64,000 nucleotides of DNA from Christensenellales bacterium (GTDB lineage: Bacteria; Bacillota; Clostridia; Christensenellales; UBA1242), in assembly GCA_051883495.1 (NCBI GenBank), contig JBJETV010000006.1, forward strand, positions 2,160 through 66,159, read 5' to 3'. The notes under the pieces were generated by a model, which was not told the origin of the DNA, made no database searches, and saw nothing but the letters and a program-made list of their open reading frames with translations. Positions 60,267 to 64,000 of the stretch are shown here, one piece after another. The number at the start of each line of letters is the position of its first letter. The stretch's first letter is position 1. The translations under genes and the position numbers were made by a program.

Positions 60267-61970
60267 ATGAAAAGAACAATTAAAGATTTGGAACTTGAAG
60301 GCAAAAAAGTGCTGTTGAGATTGGACCTTAATGTTCCAATAAACAGTGAAACGCATGAGATTACAGATTGCACAAGGATTATGGAAAGTTTGGGGACAAT
60401 AAATTATCTTTGCGAACATGGAGCAAGGGTAATTGTTTGCTCGCATTTAGGTAGGCCTGATGGCAAGGTTAATCCAAATTACTCGCTTGAACCAGTGGCA
60501 GAAAAACTGGGCAAACTTATCAAAAATAAGGTTTCATTTGCTCATGACACAGTGGGCAAAGAAGCAAAAAAACTGACATCTCAAATGGAAAATGGGGATG
60601 TTGTTGTGCTGGAAAACTTGAGATTTGACAAGCGAGAGGAGCAGAATGACAAGACTTTTGCAAAACAGCTTGCTAGTCTAGCGGACATATTTGTTTTTGA
60701 TGCTTTTGGCACATCTCACCGCAAGCACGCATCAACATATGGTGTTGCAAGTTACTTGCCAAGCGCAGTAGGGTTTTTGATTGGAAAGGAATTGAAGGTT
60801 ATTGGAAAGATTTTGTCCAACCCAGACAAGCCTTTTGTGGCAGTGTTGGGCGGAGCAAAGATAGAAGACAAGTTGCCTGTTATCGAAAATCTACTTCCAA
60901 AAGCAGACTATATCCTTATTGGTGGAGGTATGGCATATACTTTTGTTAAAGCAATGGGTGGTAGTGTAGGCAACTCTCTTGTGGACCTTGCAAATCTTGA
61001 ACTTGCAAAATCACTCCTTGAAAAAGCAGGGGATAAAATTGTCCTTCCAAAAGACAACATTTGCAATATCAGCATAGAAAGCACTGAAAAACCAAAAAAA
61101 TTTGCGTCAGACAAGATTCCAGACAACTATATGGGCTTGGATATTGGGCCAAAAACTGTCAGATTGTTCAAAAAATATATCAAAAAAGCAGGCACTGTAG
61201 TTTGGAACGGACCAATGGGAGTGTTTGAAAAAGAGCAATATGCCCATGGCACAAACAAAATTGCAAAGTATGTTGCAAAAACTAAAGCGTTTACCTTTGT
61301 TGGTGGTGGGGATAGTGCTGCTGCTGTTGTAAAAACGGGATATTCTAAAGAAATCAATCATCTTTCAACTGGTGGCGGAGCAAGCCTAAAACTGCTAGAA
61401 GGGGAGAAATTGCCGGGCATAGAAGCAATTCAAGATGTGGAAGAAGTAACCTCTAGCATTGAAAAAGCAACGCAAAAGACTTCTGCAAAATCAAAAACAG
61501 TTGCCAAAGGTAAAAAAACAGCAACAAAAAAAGTTTCTGCAACTAAAAAACCTGCAACAAAAAAGGTTGAAAAAGAATCAACAAAAACTGCAAAGGAAAG
61601 TTCTGAAAAGAAATCTAATAAAACTGCACAAAAGAAGTCAGTAGCAAAGAAATCAGTAGCAAAGAAGTCAGTAGCAAAGAAATCAGCAGAAGATAAGACT
61701 ATTGAGAAAGTTCCAGCAGACAAAAAGCCTGTAGCAAAGAAAAGTGTTGTGAAAAGTTTGGCAGGTGAGAAATCTGCAGAAGTGAAATCTACAGTGAAGG
61801 AAAGTCCTACAACAAAAAAAGCAAAGAGTACTAAACAGGGAGATACTGCAAACATTTCTGTAAAGAAAGAGCCAAAAAAGTCAACCGAGCAAAAGATTGC
61901 AAGAGTTGCACAAAAACCAAGAAAGCAAACAACAATGGTCAGAGGGGGCAAAAAGGCGGAGGATAAATGA
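60267..61970 (+). CDS. pgk: Phosphoglycerate kinase with a Lys-rich C-terminal extension of about 180 aa
   Basis: Core of residues 1-388 (VLLRLDLNVPI...FDAFGTSHR...GGGDSAA...STGGGASLKLLEGEKLPG). The ORF then continues in frame to 61970 with K/A/T/S-rich sequence. Confidence 0.93.
   Translation: MKRTIKDLELEGKKVLLRLDLNVPINSETHEITDCTRIMESLGTINYLCEHGARVIVCSHLGRPDGKVNPNYSLEPVAEKLGKLIKNKVSFAHDTVGKEAKKLTSQMENGDVVVLENLRFDKREEQNDKTFAKQLASLADIFVFDAFGTSHRKHASTYGVASYLPSAVGFLIGKELKVIGKILSNPDKPFVAVLGGAKIEDKLPVIENLLPKADYILIGGGMAYTFVKAMGGSVGNSLVDLANLELAKSLLEKAGDKIVLPKDNICNISIESTEKPKKFASDKIPDNYMGLDIGPKTVRLFKKYIKKAGTVVWNGPMGVFEKEQYAHGTNKIAKYVAKTKAFTFVGGGDSAAAVVKTGYSKEINHLSTGGGASLKLLEGEKLPGIEAIQDVEEVTSSIEKATQKTSAKSKTVAKGKKTATKKVSATKKPATKKVEKESTKTAKESSEKKSNKTAQKKSVAKKSVAKKSVAKKSAEDKTIEKVPADKKPVAKKSVVKSLAGEKSAEVKSTVKESPTTKKAKSTKQGDTANISVKKEPKKSTEQKIARVAQKPRKQTTMVRGGKKAEDK
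61632..61691 (+). repeat. About 4 x 15-nt in-frame tandem repeat (KKSVA)
   Basis: AAGAAGTCAGTAGCA / AAGAAATCAGTAGCA / AAGAAGTCAGTAGCA / AAGAAATCAGCAGAA. Confidence 0.95.
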
Positions 61971-63514
61971 CAGCAGTGAGCAAAATTGATGATAAGAGCC
62001 CAGTGGTTCTTATTGTAATGGACGGATTTGGAGTGCCAAAAGATGAGAGTAGAAGTGGCATATTATCAAGCAACACAAAGAATATTCAACAACTTTGTGC
62101 GCAATTTCCAAATACAACAATAAGGGCTAGCGAAGAGTTTGTTGGGCTTCCAAAGGGGCAAGCGGGGACTAGCGAAGTGGGGCATATGACCATAGGTAGT
62201 GGGAGAGTAACATATCAACCGCTGGTTAGGATAAATAGAGATATTGAGAGTGGGGCTTTTTTTGAAAATGAGCAATTTCTCAAAATGATTGACTATGCCA
62301 AGGACAATGACAAAAGCATTCATCTTATAGGTATCCCTAGTGATGGGGGGATACACTCTCATATAAGTCATCTTTTTGCATTATTAAAATTGTGCAAAAT
62401 GAAAAATGTCAAAAAGGTCTTTATTCATTTTGTGGGTGATGGGAGAGATACCCCACCAAAAAGTATAAAAAAATACATTAAACAAGTAGAAAATGTGCAA
62501 AAAGAACTGGGAGTGGGTAAAATTGCTTCTATTGTGGGCAGATTTTATGCGCTTGATAGAGATAAAAACTGGGATAGAAACAAAGTTGCTTATGAACTGT
62601 GGACAGAGGGAAAAGGGAAAAAATTTGATGATGTAAACAAGGCGATAGACAACGCATATTCGCTGGGAGAAACTGACGAATTTTTGACACCAATAACTAT
62701 CACCGAAAACGATAAACCTATTGCAACGATTGAAAAAGGTGATGTGGTTTTGTCTTATAATTTTAGGGCAGATAGAGAAAGACAACTGGCATACATTTTG
62801 GCGGAAGACAACGACTTGGATTTTGTCAAGCCACTTGATTTGTATGTTGTAACTATGACGGAGTATGACGAGCATTTCAGAAATGTTCATGTGGCATACA
62901 AAACGCAGATAAACAACAATATTTTGTCGCAAGTGATAAGCGAACACAATATTCCACAGGCAAAAATTGCCGAAACAGAAAAGTACGCGCATCTTACATT
63001 CTTCTTCAATTCTGGGAAGCAAGACTCATATCCATTGGAAGATAGATTTTTGATAGATTCTCAAAAAATGGCAAGTTATGCGAGTTGTCCAGAAATGGGC
63101 GCGCAAAAGATTACCGAAAAGGCAGTTGAAATTTTGGACAAATATAAGTTTGTTGCCATAAATTTTGCCAATTGCGATATGGTTGGCCATTCAGGCGACA
63201 AAAACGCAACAAGGATAGCAGTTGACATTGTGGATAAATGTGTGAAAAAAGTGGTGGATAGGGCATTGGAATTGGGCGGTTGCGGAATTGTAACTGCCGA
63301 CCATGGTAATGCGGATATTATGGAAGACGAAGACGGAACGCCTAATACGGCTCATTCCAAATCTGTTGTGCCACTGATTGTGTTTGGTCAGCAATACAAA
63401 GGTGTAAAGTTGAAAAGCAATATGACTCTTGCGGACATTGCACCAACCATTTTGAGTATGTTGAATTTGCCAATTCCAAAAGAAATGACAGGGCAGGTGG
63501 TTTTTGAAAAATAA
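61967..63514 (+). CDS. gpmI: 2,3-bisphosphoglycerate-independent phosphoglycerate mutase
   Basis: VLIVMDGFGV...GTSEVGHMTIGSGRV...ANCDMVGHSGD...TADHGNA. ATGA overlap with the pgk stop. Confidence 0.95.
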   Translation: MTAVSKIDDKSPVVLIVMDGFGVPKDESRSGILSSNTKNIQQLCAQFPNTTIRASEEFVGLPKGQAGTSEVGHMTIGSGRVTYQPLVRINRDIESGAFFENEQFLKMIDYAKDNDKSIHLIGIPSDGGIHSHISHLFALLKLCKMKNVKKVFIHFVGDGRDTPPKSIKKYIKQVENVQKELGVGKIASIVGRFYALDRDKNWDRNKVAYELWTEGKGKKFDDVNKAIDNAYSLGETDEFLTPITITENDKPIATIEKGDVVLSYNFRADRERQLAYILAEDNDLDFVKPLDLYVVTMTEYDEHFRNVHVAYKTQINNNILSQVISEHNIPQAKIAETEKYAHLTFFFNSGKQDSYPLEDRFLIDSQKMASYASCPEMGAQKITEKAVEILDKYKFVAINFANCDMVGHSGDKNATRIAVDIVDKCVKKVVDRALELGGCGIVTADHGNADIMEDEDGTPNTAHSKSVVPLIVFGQQYKGVKLKSNMTLADIAPTILSMLNLPIPKEMTGQVVFEK

Positions 63515-63541
63515 ATTGCCTTATAGGAGATGGAGGATATA

Positions 63542-64000
63542 ATGAGAAAAAAATATGTTATTGCAAATTTTAAGATGAACAAAGTTGATGGCGAAATTGA
63601 TGGATATTTGTCAACACTTCTTCCACTGGTTGCTGGTGCAAATTGTGAAGTTGTTTTGGCAGTGCCAAGTGTTTCTATAAAGACCGCAGTGGAAAGAACA
63701 AAAGGTTCAAATATAATAGTTGCAGGGCAAAATCTCAACGAAAATAATTTTGGTGCATACACTGGTGAAGTAAATGCCGAAATGATTGCTGGTGTAGGAG
63801 CAGGTGCGTGTATAGTTGGACACAGTGAAAGGCGAAACCTCTTTGGCGAATCCAACGAGATTGTCAACAAAAAAGTTCTTAAAGCATTAAGAAGTGGATT
63901 AGTTTGTGTGTTGTGTATTGGCGAAACTTTGTATGACAGGAAAAATAATCTTGTAGAACAAGTTTTGCAAAGTCAAATTGCAGATTGCCTAACAGGATTG
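63542..64000 (+). CDS. tpiA: Triose-phosphate isomerase (3' end off the window; absent from the ORF track)
   Basis: SD GGAGATGGAGG. MRKKYVIANFKMNK...IVGHSERRNLFGE...CIGETL. The frame is open to the window end. Confidence 0.9.
   Translation, partial: MRKKYVIANFKMNKVDGEIDGYLSTLLPLVAGANCEVVLAVPSVSIKTAVERTKGSNIIVAGQNLNENNFGAYTGEVNAEMIAGVGAGACIVGHSERRNLFGESNEIVNKKVLKALRSGLVCVLCIGETLYDRKNNLVEQVLQSQIADCLTGL

Noticed and set aside
61430-61951. 173-aa - strand ORF opposite the pgk tail; also - strand ORFs at 59532-60200, 62384-63022 and 63388-63870.
   Set aside because: These are shadows of + strand genes with clear identities (dusB, pgk, gpmI, tpiA). They have no start context.
1-64000. A search for mobile elements, prophage, toxin-antitoxin pairs, restriction-modification, retron or reverse-transcriptase genes.
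   Set aside because: I recognised no transposase, integrase, recombinase, RT, methyltransferase or phage structural signatures in any ORF. The only candidate acquired gene is the orphan at 29710-30834.

Overview
64-kb chromosomal segment of a low-GC, endospore-forming Firmicute (Clostridia-like; standard code, TGA is a stop and RF2 is present). Nearly all genes are on the + strand. All calls were made by eye from the translations and the sequence; no homology search was run.

Gene content, in order:
- 3' part of a gerA-type germinant receptor operon (A-B-C).
- An AT-rich gap holding a DUF285/BspA-like surface protein.
- rpsF-ssb-[unannotated 37-codon Cys/His/Asp sORF]-rpsR.
- A Cys/Asp-repeat protein ending in 30 consecutive Asp.
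- recD2-comFC, secA-prfB (+1 programmed frameshift), tsaD, and a cwlD-like amidase.
- A YugP-like Zn peptidase and an unknown gene on the - strand.
- addB-addA.
- An 850-aa membrane/coiled-coil/low-complexity protein.
- A low-GC orphan gene with its own promoter and terminators.
- PRC-barrel, SPFH+Zn-ribbon and DUF1858 proteins.
- The complete S10-spc-alpha cluster (rpsJ to rplQ, 32 genes including secY, adk, map, infA, rpmJ, rpoA).
- A 1389-aa surface protein, spoVT plus a MOP flippase, dusB, and pgk-gpmI-tpiA (tpiA runs off the 3' end).

I saw no rRNA, tRNA, CRISPR array, transposase, integrase or phage genes.

Most noteworthy observations:
1. Two paralogous CxHDCxxC + poly-acidic modules: a hidden sORF inside the S6-SSB-S18 operon and a (DDCDCE)x6 + Asp30 protein 430 bp downstream.
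2. Phosphoglycerate kinase carries a ~180-residue Lys-rich histone-like tail. Similar tails occur on L24 and S5.
3. A consensus promoter and SD drive a 28-codon sORF containing a G10 tract, upstream of the surface-protein gene.
4. A ~310-nt structured leader with four tandem 37-nt modules lies in front of a DUF1858 gene.
5. Locus-specific AT-rich tandem word arrays recur in many intergenic regions.
6. A low-GC orphan gene is a putative nuclease-like N-terminus fused to a DUF4268-like C-terminus.
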